Source: Candidatus Binatia bacterium
GTDB lineage: Bacteria > Desulfobacterota > Binatia > Bin18
Reading direction: 5' to 3'
DNA length: 64,000 nt
Assembly: GCA_963666315.2 (NCBI GenBank)
Contig: CAXXHG010000040.1
Location: forward strand, 32,001-96,000
The notes under the pieces are model-generated. The model saw only the letters and a program-made list of their open reading frames with translations. It did no database searches and was not told where the DNA came from. The translations under genes were made by a program, and so were the position numbers. Every line of letters begins with the position of its first letter. Within the stretch, counting starts at the first letter, position 1. This document shows positions 18,657 to 29,254 of the stretch, one piece after another.

Positions 18657-19628
18657 ATGTCGGATATCTCGAAATTGCCGAAATTTTCAGACCTGCCACA
18701 GGTAGGCCAGACTGAAGAACGGCATACGTGGGAGGTGTTTGGTCCGGATAACCAACTCGGGTCTGTAAACTTGCTCACGCCGGATCGGGTCAAGCGGGCT
18801 GCGACGCTTGTTCGTACTGGGCGGGTATTCAATTTGAGTCTGCCACTCAACTTCCCGATTACGTTGTACGGCGGGTTTCGGGGTGAAGGCTATCGACATC
18901 ATATCGAAGTCGGTCGCGGTGGCCGTGACGACTATGTAGATAATTTTGCTATGCAGGGCTCCAGCCAGTGGGACAGCCTGCGTCATATTCGGTTTCGTGA
19001 GTTTGGTTATTACGGTGGGCGTCAAGATGCAGACCTGGATAAAAAGGGCGAGCTGGGCATTGAACACTGGGCGCAGCACGGCATAGTCGGTCGCGGGGTG
19101 TTGATGGACACGGCGCAGTATATGGAACAGCAAGGCACCCCGCTAGATATGACAAAAAAGTTTGAGATGGATGGTGGGTTTCTCGAACAAGTCGCCCAGG
19201 CGCAAAAGGTCGAGATCCAACCCGGTGATATTCTTGTGCTCCGGACCGGCTGGCTAGACTGGTACAAAGGCCTTGACGACGCGGGGCGTGAGGCATTACG
19301 CGGAAGCCTGGAGCCTGGAGAAGCTGGCCATGCATGCCCGGGACTCGCAGCGTCGCAAGACACCGCCGCCTGGCTGTGGGATCGGCAGATTGCCGCCATT
19401 GCATCAGACAATGTGGCCTTAGAGGCTCTGCCGGTGGACCCAGCAGTCGGCTTTCAGCATCGTCGGCTGATTGCCCTCCAAGGCATGCCGATTGGCGAGA
19501 TGTGGGATATGGATGAACTCGCCCAGGCATGTGCGCAGGACGGGAGGTATGAGTGTATGCTCGTCTCCATTCCGCTTAATTTACCCGGGGGAGTGGGCTC
19601 GCCAGCAAATGCGTACGCGATAAAGTAG
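18657..19628 (+). CDS. Cyclase family (kynurenine formamidase-like) protein
   Basis: SSQWDSLRH, GIVGRGVL, GDILVLRTGW and GGVGSPANA motifs. Confidence 0.88.
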   Translation: MSDISKLPKFSDLPQVGQTEERHTWEVFGPDNQLGSVNLLTPDRVKRAATLVRTGRVFNLSLPLNFPITLYGGFRGEGYRHHIEVGRGGRDDYVDNFAMQGSSQWDSLRHIRFREFGYYGGRQDADLDKKGELGIEHWAQHGIVGRGVLMDTAQYMEQQGTPLDMTKKFEMDGGFLEQVAQAQKVEIQPGDILVLRTGWLDWYKGLDDAGREALRGSLEPGEAGHACPGLAASQDTAAWLWDRQIAAIASDNVALEALPVDPAVGFQHRRLIALQGMPIGEMWDMDELAQACAQDGRYECMLVSIPLNLPGGVGSPANAYAIK

Positions 19629-19676
19629 CGCGATGTGATGTGGGCTTTACTCTTCGCAGGGACGCAGTACGCGGCA

Positions 19677-19712
19677 CCCCTCCATCCCCTCCATCCCCTC
19701 CATCCCCTCCAT
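19677..19712 (+). repeat. Tandem repeat (CCCCTCCAT)x4
   Basis: Read directly. Confidence 0.85.
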
Positions 19713-19740
19713 TGTCCATCTGACCTTAAGGCGTGACTCG

Positions 19741-20493
19741 ATGCTCAACATTCTGACCATCCCCCCTACGAAACTCCTCCTCAGCCTTGTCTATGTCGAC
19801 TTCCTGGCCGTTTTGCTCGCCATTGGTCTCGGCTTCGCGCTACACCAGAGCCCCACCGCCTATACGGGCGAGGGCGAGCCGATTACGTGGCTGTCGTTTG
19901 CCCACCTCCTTGTCACCAGTGCACTTGCCTGGGAAGTATTCTCGCGCCGAACGGGAGGCAGCCTCCGGAGCAACGTGTGGCGCAGTCTCACTTTTGTTTG
20001 GCTCCTGATTGCGCTCGGATTTCTTTTCTTGGCGATAGACGAAATTGTCGGGATTCATGAGTCGTTTGACCATCTGTTCCACCGAACCTTTCAGATCCAA
20101 GAGACAGGTCTGACGGATCGACTCGATGACGTCATTGTGTTGGGCTATGGACTGATTGGAGTGGGGGTCTTGTATGCCTACCGCGGCGAGCTTGTTCGGT
20201 ATAAGTCAGTCCTGCCGCTGGTGATGTGCGGGCTTGTTCTTTTTGTGTTCATGGGTCTGCTTGATGCCATAGTCAACCGTGACGATGTGTTCCTGTTCTT
20301 GGGCATAAGCCCAGAAGGCAGCTATGCTCTTGCATTATGGATAGGTGCAGTCGAAGAGGGCTTGAAAATCTTGGCAGAAGCCGCCCTGCTTGGAGCAACG
20401 TATACCTGTGTCTTTCTGACACAGATATACGGTAAGGCAAGCCACCGCGGGGCGGATGCCCCGGAGGGCGATGAGGGCGGGCGTCGCGATTGA
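19741..20493 (+). CDS. Hypothetical multi-TM membrane protein
   Basis: About 6 hydrophobic segments; LAIDEIVGIHE and VEEGLK motifs. Confidence 0.7.
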   Translation: MLNILTIPPTKLLLSLVYVDFLAVLLAIGLGFALHQSPTAYTGEGEPITWLSFAHLLVTSALAWEVFSRRTGGSLRSNVWRSLTFVWLLIALGFLFLAIDEIVGIHESFDHLFHRTFQIQETGLTDRLDDVIVLGYGLIGVGVLYAYRGELVRYKSVLPLVMCGLVLFVFMGLLDAIVNRDDVFLFLGISPEGSYALALWIGAVEEGLKILAEAALLGATYTCVFLTQIYGKASHRGADAPEGDEGGRRD

Positions 20494-20604
20494 CAAGCCT
20501 CACCCTTCCAGAGTAGCTTCCTCGTGCTGACTGAAGTGAGAGGAACGCTCCGGGATAGAGTATTTTCCTTCAGACTTCTGAAAGGGAGAACAAAGGAGGT
20601 TGTC

Positions 20605-22415
20605 ATGCATAGACCACGGTTGAGAGGGATTTCTGTTGTCGTCCAGACAACGTTTCTGATTACCGGACTCCTGCTCTTGCCTCGTGCGGGGTATAGCGGG
20701 CAGGATTTGCTTGACCTGCAAAAACCCCCAGACCAATGGGTCATGCCGGGCAAAGACTATGCACTCACCCGTTATAGTAGTCTGAGTCAGATTTCGACAG
20801 AAAACGCGAAGAATCTGAAAGTTTCCTGGACCCTCTCTACGGGGGTACTGCGGGGACATGAAGGGACACCGCTGGTGATTGGGGACATGATGTATATCGT
20901 GACCCCGTTCCCCAATATTGTGTATGCAATCGACCTGTCAGACCCTGCTCATTCCGTCAAATGGAAATATGCGCCCATCCAGGATGAGGATGCCATTCCT
21001 ATTGCCTGCTGCGATGTGGTGAATCGGGGTGCAGCCTATGCGGATGGCAAGATCTTTTTCAATCAGCTCGACACGCATACGGTCGCACTCGACGCCGAGA
21101 CCGGCAAAGAGCTGTGGAAGGTCAAGCAGGGCGACATCAAAAAAGGCCAGACCATTACCATGGCGCCCTTGGTTGTCCGAGACAAAGTCATTACTGGAGT
21201 CAGTGGTGGCGAGTTCGGCGTGCGTGGATTTGTGACCGCCAACAACGTCAACACGGGCGAACAAGTCTGGCGGGCGTATAGCACCGGGCCGGACGCTGAG
21301 GTGCTGATAGGCGAAGATTTTTCCTCTCCGTATGCGTCCCATCAAGGCAAGGACCTGGGAGTGTCAACCTGGAAAGGCGAAGAATGGAAACGCGGCGGGG
21401 GCACGACCTGGGGCTGGTATAGCTATGATCCGGAACTCGATCTTTTTTTACTACGGCACCGGCAATCCGGGCGCCTGGAACCCTGACCAGCGGCCCGGCG
21501 ATAACAAATGGTCGATGACGCTTTTTGCGCGTAATCCAGACACGGGCCAGGCTAAATGGGCATATCAAATGACGCCGCATGATGCCTGGGATTACGACGG
21601 TATTAACGAGAGCGTCCTCATCGACCTGCAGACAAACGGCAAGGTCCAGCAGGTCTTAGTCCATTTTGATCGTAACGGCTTTGCCTATGTGGTCGACCGG
21701 ACCAGCGGCAAGGTGCTGTCGGCGAAGAAGTTTGGTCATGTAAACTGGGCCAAGGAAATCAACCTAGAGACGGGGCTGCCGGTTGAGAATCCTGACAAGC
21801 GGACAAAACAAGGCACAAACATCGAAGGCATCTGTCCCGGTTCTATGGGCACCAAGGACCAACAGCCGGTATCCTATTCGCCACGAACGAAACTTTTTTA
21901 TGTCCCCACGAATCATCTGTGCATGAACTATGAAGGCATGAAAGTGCGCTACATCGCTGGTGTGCCGTACGTCGGAGCCATTGTGAAGATGTTCCCAGGG
22001 CCGGGCGGGCACCGGGGCGAGTTTATTGCCTGGGACCCGGTCGCGGGCGAGAAAAAATGGGGCATTAAAGAAAAATGGTCGGCCTGGAGTGGCGCCCTCT
22101 CGACCGGGGGAGACGTGGTCTTCTACGGCACCATGGAAGGCTGGTTTAAGGCGATCCATGCCGTAACCGGAGAAGAGTTGTGGAAGTTCAAGACCGGCTC
22201 CGGCATTATTGGTGCGCCTATGACCTATATCGGACCGGACGGCAAACAATATGTCGCGATTATGTCCGGCATCGGTGGGTGGTCGGGCCTCGTCGTGGCC
22301 GGTGATCTCGGCACCGACCGATCCCACCGCAGCGTTGGGAGCGGTGGGTGCCTTTAGCGAGCTTGGAAAAGATACTAATAAGGGCGGTATGTTATACGTC
22401 TTCGCGCTTGAGTAG
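20605..22415 (+). CDS. xoxF: Lanthanide-type PQQ methanol dehydrogenase (XoxF), split by two +1 insertions in this sequence
   Basis: GHEGTPL, ACCDVVNRG, GGTTWGW and TPHDAWDYDG (D-x-D) motifs, ending DPTAALGAVGAF...GGMLYVFALE*. Extra T in a T7 run at ~21443-21449 and an extra C at ~22319. Confidence 0.85.
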
Positions 22416-22427
22416 TGTTGTGCTTCT

Positions 22428-23741
22428 GTGGTGAGTGCTGCGTATCTTCTGCGTATGTTCAAGCAAGGTGAAGGGGCGCCGCGTACTGCGCCCCTTTTCT
22501 TCATGAGCCTAGGCCTCCCCCTCCTGCTTTTCTCTGCCCTCTTCCTTTTGGGAACATTCCTCTCGGGAACAACGTGGGCAAACGAGGAGTCCGCATCCGC
22601 CCAAGCGTTCCGGGTGTGTGCAGACCCCAACAACCTGCCGTATTCAAACCAAGACCAAGAGGGGTTTGAGAATAAAATTGCCGAAGTCTTAGCGCGTGAG
22701 TTGGGACAAGTCGTGGACTACACTTGGCGGCCCCAGCGCCGCGGCTTTCTGCGCAATACGCTGAATGCAGGCAAATGCGATGTTGTGATGGGTATTCCCG
22801 CCGACTTGGACTCCGTGCTGACGACTCGGCCGTACTACCGTTCGTCGTATGCCTTTGTGTATCCCGAAGAGGCTGCTTACCGGCTCTCGTCCCTTGATGA
22901 TCCGGTTCTTAAGTATTTGAAGATCGGCGTGCATCTTATTGGCGATGACTATATCAACAGCCCACCAGCCCATGCACTGAGCAGTAGAGGCATTGTGGAG
23001 AACGTGGTCGGCTATAGCGTCTTTGGGGATTATGCACAAGACAGCCCGCCGGGCAAAATTGTCGAAGCCGTGGCGAGTAAAGAAATTGATACCGCCATTA
23101 TCTGGGGTCCGATTGCCGGCTATTTCGCCAAAAAGCAAGCAATTGCGCTGCATGTGAGTCTAGTCCCCGCTGATGCAGATTCCGGATCTTTTCTGTTTGC
23201 GTACGATATCGCACTTGGGGTCCGACCGGACGATGAGGAGCGGAGAAACACGCTGAATACACTCTTAGATCAGCACTCAGAGGAAATCCACGCTATTCTG
23301 ATCCACTACGGCGTCCCTATGACTGCTGCCCAGCGGACTCAAAGTCCGTCTGACGAGCAGACTCAAAGTCCGACTAACGAAACGGCTATTCAGCCCCAAG
23401 TTCACAATGTTGAATCATCCCCAGAGGCTGGCGCAGAACCAGTCAAACTCAACCCCTATACCGGCAACCCTGAGGCTATTGCAGAGGGCGAAGAACTGTA
23501 TAAGCTACTGAATTGTTATAGCTGCCATGGACTGCGCGGTGGCGGGGGGATGGGACCCAACTTGACCGATGAACAATGGAAAGAAGGTACGGGCAGCGAC
23601 ATACGGGTGATGGCGCAGGTCATGACCGGGCGGAACAAAATGCCTGGATACGAAAGGGCGATTACAGAAGATGAAGCGTGGAAGGTCATCGCCTACGTGC
23701 GGACCCTGTATAAGGGAGATCCCTCGACCGTTGAGTGGTAG
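22428..23741 (+). CDS. XoxJ/MxaJ-like periplasmic binding protein fused to a C-terminal c-type cytochrome (start uncertain, probably 22455 or 22503)
   Basis: VCADPNNLPYSN..GFENKIAE, TRPYYRSSY and WGPIAGYF motifs; Q/S/P/T linker; NPYTGNPEAIAEG..CYSCH..GGMGPNLTD..W. Confidence 0.85.
   Translation: MVSAAYLLRMFKQGEGAPRTAPLFFMSLGLPLLLFSALFLLGTFLSGTTWANEESASAQAFRVCADPNNLPYSNQDQEGFENKIAEVLARELGQVVDYTWRPQRRGFLRNTLNAGKCDVVMGIPADLDSVLTTRPYYRSSYAFVYPEEAAYRLSSLDDPVLKYLKIGVHLIGDDYINSPPAHALSSRGIVENVVGYSVFGDYAQDSPPGKIVEAVASKEIDTAIIWGPIAGYFAKKQAIALHVSLVPADADSGSFLFAYDIALGVRPDDEERRNTLNTLLDQHSEEIHAILIHYGVPMTAAQRTQSPSDEQTQSPTNETAIQPQVHNVESSPEAGAEPVKLNPYTGNPEAIAEGEELYKLLNCYSCHGLRGGGGMGPNLTDEQWKEGTGSDIRVMAQVMTGRNKMPGYERAITEDEAWKVIAYVRTLYKGDPSTVEW
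22471..22499 (+). terminator. Hairpin/terminator after xoxF
   Basis: aaggggcgc-cgcgtact-gcgcccctt followed by ttc. Confidence 0.5.
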
Positions 23742-23889
23742 GAGAGGAAGGGCTGTAATGCTCGCGGAAAGGGTGTGAGGAGGGGTACGGGTGACCGTGC
23801 CCCTTTTGTTTTTGCTAGACGGAGTCAGTCTCTCGTACGAGCAATTAGGCCATGGAGCACATACAAGCCGGGGACAGGAGATAAAGGGT

Positions 23890-24838
23890 ATGCAGTGCCC
23901 GAATTGTGGGCAAGACAACCGTGGGGGAGCAAAGTTCTGCGATGAGTGCGGGACTCCGCTGTCGGCCCAGCCTGTTCAGACTGATCCGGTGCAGACACAC
24001 GACGGGCGACGGCAGTTGACGGTCATGTTCTGCGATGTAGTTGGCTCGATCGCACTGGCAGGTCGGCTCGATCCTGAGGAGTGGCGCGACATCATTCAGG
24101 TCTATCAAGAGACCTGCGCCACTGTCGTGCGACGTTTCAGTGGCTATATCGCCCAATATCTGGGAGACGGATTGTTAGTCTATTTCGGATATCCCATTAC
24201 ACACGAGGATGACGCCGTCCGTGCCATCAAAACAGGTCTCGGCATCCTGGCTGAACTCCAAGCGATGAACGCGCGTCTCAAAGAGCCTGGACGCGCACGC
24301 CTTTTTCCAACAGACGGCAAAGAGTCACAAGGGATACGGCTCCGTATCGGTATTCATACTGGTCAAGTTGTTGTCGGGAATATGGGCGCAGGCGAGCGAC
24401 ACGAACAACTTGCTCTTGGCGAGACGCGCAATATTGCGGCCCGTCTCCAATCAATTGCCAAAGCAGACACGATGGTAATAAGTGCGGCAACCTTCCGTCT
24501 GGTCGAAGGCTTCTTTGAATGTCATACCTTGGGACCACACGCGCTCAAAGGCATAACAACGCCCCTCTCGGTTTACCATGTCATTGCTGAAGGGAGTGCC
24601 CAGAGTCGGTTTGGAGGTTGTGCTCGAAGCGGGTCTGACTCCGCTCGTCGGACGGGTAAAAGACCTCCAATTTCTCCAAGAACGGTGAGACGAGGCCAGA
24701 GCCCGACACGGCCAGGTCGTTCTCTTAGACGGGGACCCGGGCATTGAAAAATCTCGATTAGTGCAAGAGCTCAAAGATCAAGTGGCAAAAGCTGGTGAAG
24801 CCAGACGGGAATTTCGCTGCTCGTCGTTTGCGCAAAAC
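23890..24838 (+). pseudogene. Truncated zinc-ribbon/adenylate-guanylate cyclase/AAA protein
   Basis: CPNC..FCDEC, RRQLTVMFCD and YLGDG motifs. After a frameshift at ~24612 it reads LTPLVGR..ER*..GDPGIEKSRL (internal stop, degenerate P-loop) and then ends. Confidence 0.8.
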
Positions 24839-24851
24839 ATGGAGGGACGTA

Positions 24852-25946
24852 ATGCAGAAGATTTTCATGGTGTTATTCATCGTTACTGGAGTGCTGCCGC
24901 ATATGGTGTGGGCAGCAGAGATACTAGAGACAAACGTGCCACAGGCAGACCTGCTAGAAGCGGACGTGCCCCCAATCGCAGGGGAAGAACAGGGTACAGC
25001 CTTCAAGGCTTGGGTGTACACCCAGTTGCCCGATACCCCTGAGGGGCTCGGCGTGGATTCTCAGGGCAATCTGTATGCGTCTCTGTTTCATACCGGAGAG
25101 ATCGTGCAACTGAAGGAGGATGGACAGTATGTCCATATCGCTTGGATTCCATCTGAAGAAGACAGCGGCAAGGGGCACGTCCTGGGTATTGAGTCCGACA
25201 AAGATGACAATTTGTATGTGGCCTATAAAGCCCGCTCCAAATATGACCGCGTCGGAGATCCGCGTCATCCCGCGTGTCGGGATGCGACTGATGTCACCAG
25301 TGGTGTGTATCGGATAGATGCTGAGACTCGTGAGGTGACACCCGTGGCAACGCGCGGAGACGGCTGGCCGTTTTGTTTTCCTGACGATGTGGACATAGAC
25401 GATGTGGGCAATATTTATCTGGCCGATTTGACATATGCCGGCATCTGGAAGATCACGCTAGATGGTCAAGTCACCTTGTGGTCGGAGCATCCACTCCTGC
25501 ACTGGACTGCGACGCCCTATTCCGGGTTCCCGCTTGGGGTGAACGCGCTTGTCCTCGACCCGGGCCAACGGAATATATACGCAGCCACGAGCGGCGATCC
25601 ACTCATACTGCGCATTCCCATTCAGGCCGATGGCAGTGCCGGGGAACCCGTCGTCATTTCCCGTGGGCATACCCTGCTCGATGGGATGGCTTTGGATGAA
25701 GCCGGCAATATCTACGTCTCGGAGATTTTCCGCAGCGAGATCATTGGTGTATCTCCAGACGGCAGCCGCCGAGTGGTGGTTGCTAACACAGACTCTACGC
25801 CGCTGGATGGTAATGCCAGTCTTGTGATTCGAGATGGCATCCTATATGTGGCAAACTTGGGCTTTGCCCATGCGCGTTGGCAGGATGCGAACAAAACCGT
25901 TGTGGCGATACAAGGGTTTACAAAACCCATTCAGAAGCAAGAGTAA
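24852..25946 (+). CDS. Secreted SMP-30/gluconolactonase-like beta-propeller
   Basis: Signal peptide; PEGL, FPDDV and LDGMALDEAGNIY motifs; GGAGG RBS. Confidence 0.82.
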   Translation: MQKIFMVLFIVTGVLPHMVWAAEILETNVPQADLLEADVPPIAGEEQGTAFKAWVYTQLPDTPEGLGVDSQGNLYASLFHTGEIVQLKEDGQYVHIAWIPSEEDSGKGHVLGIESDKDDNLYVAYKARSKYDRVGDPRHPACRDATDVTSGVYRIDAETREVTPVATRGDGWPFCFPDDVDIDDVGNIYLADLTYAGIWKITLDGQVTLWSEHPLLHWTATPYSGFPLGVNALVLDPGQRNIYAATSGDPLILRIPIQADGSAGEPVVISRGHTLLDGMALDEAGNIYVSEIFRSEIIGVSPDGSRRVVVANTDSTPLDGNASLVIRDGILYVANLGFAHARWQDANKTVVAIQGFTKPIQKQE

Positions 25947-26010
25947 AAAATCTGACCGGAGAGGCTCGGCAGGAGAGACTCAGAGAGAAGAATCATACGC
26001 GGAGGAAGAC

Positions 26011-26871
26011 ATGTCCGAACACGTCACAGGAATAGAAGGCCAGGAAAATGGGCACCAGCTCATGAGTGCCTCTGAAGAAGACGTTGAACGCGGCTCCAGA
26101 GAATATGAGCGGGAACGCGACGTCCAAACGGCTAAAGATGTTATGCTTCGGTTGCAGGAACGCAACGGACGGCTGCGCGGCAAAATTTCGGCTGTAGAAG
26201 ATCGCGTCCAACGCGGCTTGTTGATCACGGGAGGGATCGGAGTAGGAGGCGTCGCGCTGCTCATGCTGATCCTCTTTACCGTTGTGCTGCCGCTCAAAGG
26301 GCAGGTTGCCGAACTCCAAGCCTCTCTGGCTTTGCTGCAAACAGGAGAAGGGCAGGCGGCAGAGCAAGCAGCAGTCGCTGCGAAGCGATCCATGCAGCGG
26401 GTAGAGGCCGACCTCAGGCAATCAGTCCAGGCATTGGCTGCGGATGCCATTGCTGCAGCTCTGCACGGCGCGATTCGTGTTGATACCGCCGGCAACGTTG
26501 ATATTGGCACTGCGGGCTCGGCAACACAGGTCAAGATCCTGGGTGATCTGATTGGTGCCGTGCGTGGTCCCGAGGGGCAGCCGCTACGCATGGTGATGGG
26601 TAAAACTAATCCACACCGGACGAACTGGGTCTTATACACACCAGGCGGGGTGTATACCGATATTGATACCTCTGCTGCCGGCTTTTCAACGACGCCGCAG
26701 TATTTCACCAGTCTGACCGGCGAGCTGCGACACAATCTGGCGCGTGGTGCGACCAGTATTTACGAATCCACGGCCCAGGGCTTTCGAGTCTATGTCAGGC
26801 GCAGGGGACTCACTCCAGAGAAGGCCCAAGAGTGGGGCTGGTCGATTAGTTGGATTGCGGTTGGGGAGTAG
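26011..26871 (+). CDS. Membrane-anchored coiled-coil protein with a small C-terminal beta domain
   Basis: GGAGG RBS; coiled coil, TM, coiled coil, then DIDTSAAGFSTTPQYFTSL...GFRVYV...SWIAVG. Confidence 0.7.
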   Translation: MSEHVTGIEGQENGHQLMSASEEDVERGSREYERERDVQTAKDVMLRLQERNGRLRGKISAVEDRVQRGLLITGGIGVGGVALLMLILFTVVLPLKGQVAELQASLALLQTGEGQAAEQAAVAAKRSMQRVEADLRQSVQALAADAIAAALHGAIRVDTAGNVDIGTAGSATQVKILGDLIGAVRGPEGQPLRMVMGKTNPHRTNWVLYTPGGVYTDIDTSAAGFSTTPQYFTSLTGELRHNLARGATSIYESTAQGFRVYVRRRGLTPEKAQEWGWSISWIAVGE

Positions 26872-27194
26872 GGAACGGTCCCCTCCGGTCCCGTCATTGC
26901 CTTGGAATTCTTGTAGGGTGCAGCCTCACCGCCCGGACTCGACGAACTGACTTAACCCAAAAGTCCCTTGCACCTTTCTTCATTTTCCCTTTTGCCCTCC
27001 TTCGTGCGAATGGAACAATTCAAACCTGGCCAACCTGCAACACAGCCTGGATTTTGGGGCTCTATCCGAGAAGCGCTCCGGGGCAGCCGTCTTCTGGGCA
27101 ATTGCGATTTCTTATTCCATATCAGCAGTGGTGGGAACGGTCTTGTTTCGTCGTGGCGGTCGGAAGACTCGTCAGATTTAACCATCTGGTGTCG

Positions 27195-27222
27195 GATTAC
27201 GCTACGCTAATCCGACCTACGG
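27195..27222. repeat. REP-like hairpin
   Basis: gtcggatta-cgctacgc-taatccgac-ctac. Confidence 0.5.
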
Positions 27223-27233
27223 GATAGACAATA

Positions 27234-27264
27234 AAAAAGGGGCAGGAAAAATCCTGCCCCTTTT
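27234..27264. terminator. Bidirectional intrinsic terminator
   Basis: aaaaggggcagga-aaaa-tcctgcccctttt, between convergent genes. Confidence 0.85.
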
Positions 27265-27294
27265 CGGTTCGTGCGTTATGAACGGGTATGCGGC

Positions 27295-29019
27295 TTAGTC
27301 TCTGCCGTGGCGCAGCAGGTGGCCTGGGGTTGCGCCCGTGCATTTGCCGTCTTCAAAAGTGACGTCGCCGTTCACCATGATCCAGCGATAGCCTTCAGCG
27401 TATTGTACGCGCCGCCATTCGCCACCTGGGAAGTCGTGGACGACTTTCGGCTTCTCTGGGGTGAGCTTCAAGTTCTCAAGGTCGTAGACGACCACATCTG
27501 CCGGTGTACCTTCACGCAGGATGCCACGACCTTCGAAGCCGGCGCACTCGGCAGGCATACCGCTCAGCCGATAGTGGGCTTCTTCCAGGCTCATAAAGCC
27601 GGCATCGCGAACCATCCAGGTCAACATATCAGTCGGGTAGGCACCCAGGGTGATGAACTTGGTATGGGCGCCACCGTCTGACACGCCGGCCATACTGTAC
27701 GGGGAGGCCATCAGCTCGGACACATAGTCTGCGCGTACGTTGCGAGCTGGAGTGAGGAATTCGGTTCCCAGCTTATCCTCAACAGCAATATCGAACATCG
27801 CGTCCATGGGATGCTTATTCTCCATTTTGGCGACTTCTTCGATCGTCTTGCCAATAAATTTTTCGAACTTCTTATTCACCACGGATTCAATCGTGAAATT
27901 TTTGAACGATCCGGTCACGACCGGCGTATGTCCGGTATCATATTCTGCGACCAGAGCCTGGCGAATAGCAGGATTTTTGAGCTTTTCGAGACGTTCGGCT
28001 GGGGTGCCCAAGGTCACTTCACGTACGACATCATTTCCGTCGAAGAGTCCCGTTATTTCACCAAAATTGAAGTACAACCCTTGGCGCATGACTGCGGTCT
28101 GGTTGTAGATTTTGCGGCCGGCTTTGTTCGTCTTTTCCATCCAGCGCAAGATGCGGCGGTGTATGCTCGGCCGGTCGTCACGCGTAGCCGTGGCATTAAA
28201 CAAGATGGGACGGCCACAGTCATCGGCCAGGCGATCGTAGAATTTCATATCGGCTTCAAAGTCCGGGCTGGCTTGGGTGAGCTGGATGAAGCCTTCTCCA
28301 CGCTCCTTCAACACCCGGCCAAAGGCCAGTACGTCTTCGTCCGCCATAGTGTCCGTCACCATCGGGGTGCCATCGTAGTCGCGCTGGACAGAGATAAAGC
28401 CATCACCCAAACGCTGAGCCGAGAATCCACAGCCACCGGCATCCAGGGATTCACTCAGAATCTGAGCCATAGCTTTCTTTTCTTTGTCTGTAGCCGGACG
28501 ACTCTTGGCCGCTTCGAGCCCCATGGTCCAGATCATAATCGGCGCAATAGGCACAAAGCTGAGGACGTTCACTCCTTTGGGCAGCTTATCAAGGGAGTCC
28601 ATCCACTCTGGGAAAGTGACCCAGTCCCACTTCATGCCAGCCTTCATAGACTCGTACGGAATGGCTTCGACGCGTGACATGGACAACATAGCCCGTTCGC
28701 GCATCTCGGGTTTCACCGGAGCGAAACCAAATCCACAGTTGCCGATTACAATCGAAGTTACCCCGTGCCAGCCAGACAGGGTGACGTAGGGGTCCCAGTT
28801 AATCTGGGCATCGTAGTGGGTGTGTAGATCAATAAAGCCCGGTGCAACGACTAACCCATGCGCATCAAGCGTTTTTTTGGCATCGCTCGGGCTGAGTTTG
28901 CCATTCGGCTCGATCTTGGCAATCTTGCCGTCTTTAATACCGACGTCACCCAGGTAACGCGGGGTGCGGGAACCATCAACGATGGTGCCGCCTTGGATAA
29001 GAACATCATATTCAGCCAT
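27295..29019 (-). CDS. N-acyl-D-amino-acid deacylase family amidohydrolase
   Basis: PGFIDLHTHYD, GNCGFGFAP and SDGGAH motifs. Confidence 0.9.
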   Translation of the reverse strand: MAEYDVLIQGGTIVDGSRTPRYLGDVGIKDGKIAKIEPNGKLSPSDAKKTLDAHGLVVAPGFIDLHTHYDAQINWDPYVTLSGWHGVTSIVIGNCGFGFAPVKPEMRERAMLSMSRVEAIPYESMKAGMKWDWVTFPEWMDSLDKLPKGVNVLSFVPIAPIMIWTMGLEAAKSRPATDKEKKAMAQILSESLDAGGCGFSAQRLGDGFISVQRDYDGTPMVTDTMADEDVLAFGRVLKERGEGFIQLTQASPDFEADMKFYDRLADDCGRPILFNATATRDDRPSIHRRILRWMEKTNKAGRKIYNQTAVMRQGLYFNFGEITGLFDGNDVVREVTLGTPAERLEKLKNPAIRQALVAEYDTGHTPVVTGSFKNFTIESVVNKKFEKFIGKTIEEVAKMENKHPMDAMFDIAVEDKLGTEFLTPARNVRADYVSELMASPYSMAGVSDGGAHTKFITLGAYPTDMLTWMVRDAGFMSLEEAHYRLSGMPAECAGFEGRGILREGTPADVVVYDLENLKLTPEKPKVVHDFPGGEWRRVQYAEGYRWIMVNGDVTFEDGKCTGATPGHLLRHGRD

Positions 29020-29254
29020 ATTTTCCCTCCCTTTTGGGTAACAAAATGAACCAGAAAAATTGAACGCTCACTCAGGATCTGTATCGAACCATGCCACAGG
29101 CCAACTAGCGGTGTCAACACAGCAGTATTTGTTTTTCTGATTGTTTCATACAAAGTACGAGCAAAGCATGAGAAAGCAAAGAGGTCTGCTAAGAATGGGC
29201 CGAAGGAGCGGCAGCGAATGCGGTTTCCCTCCCGCCGTAGTATCGTCCGTCCTC

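Noticed and set aside
19677-19712. CCCCTCCAT repeat as a functional phase-variation or G-quadruplex switch
   Set aside because: The repeat is real (GGGG x4 on the minus strand), but nothing in the sequence supports a function.
21764-22633. 289-aa minus-strand ORF
   Set aside because: It is an antisense shadow of xoxF.
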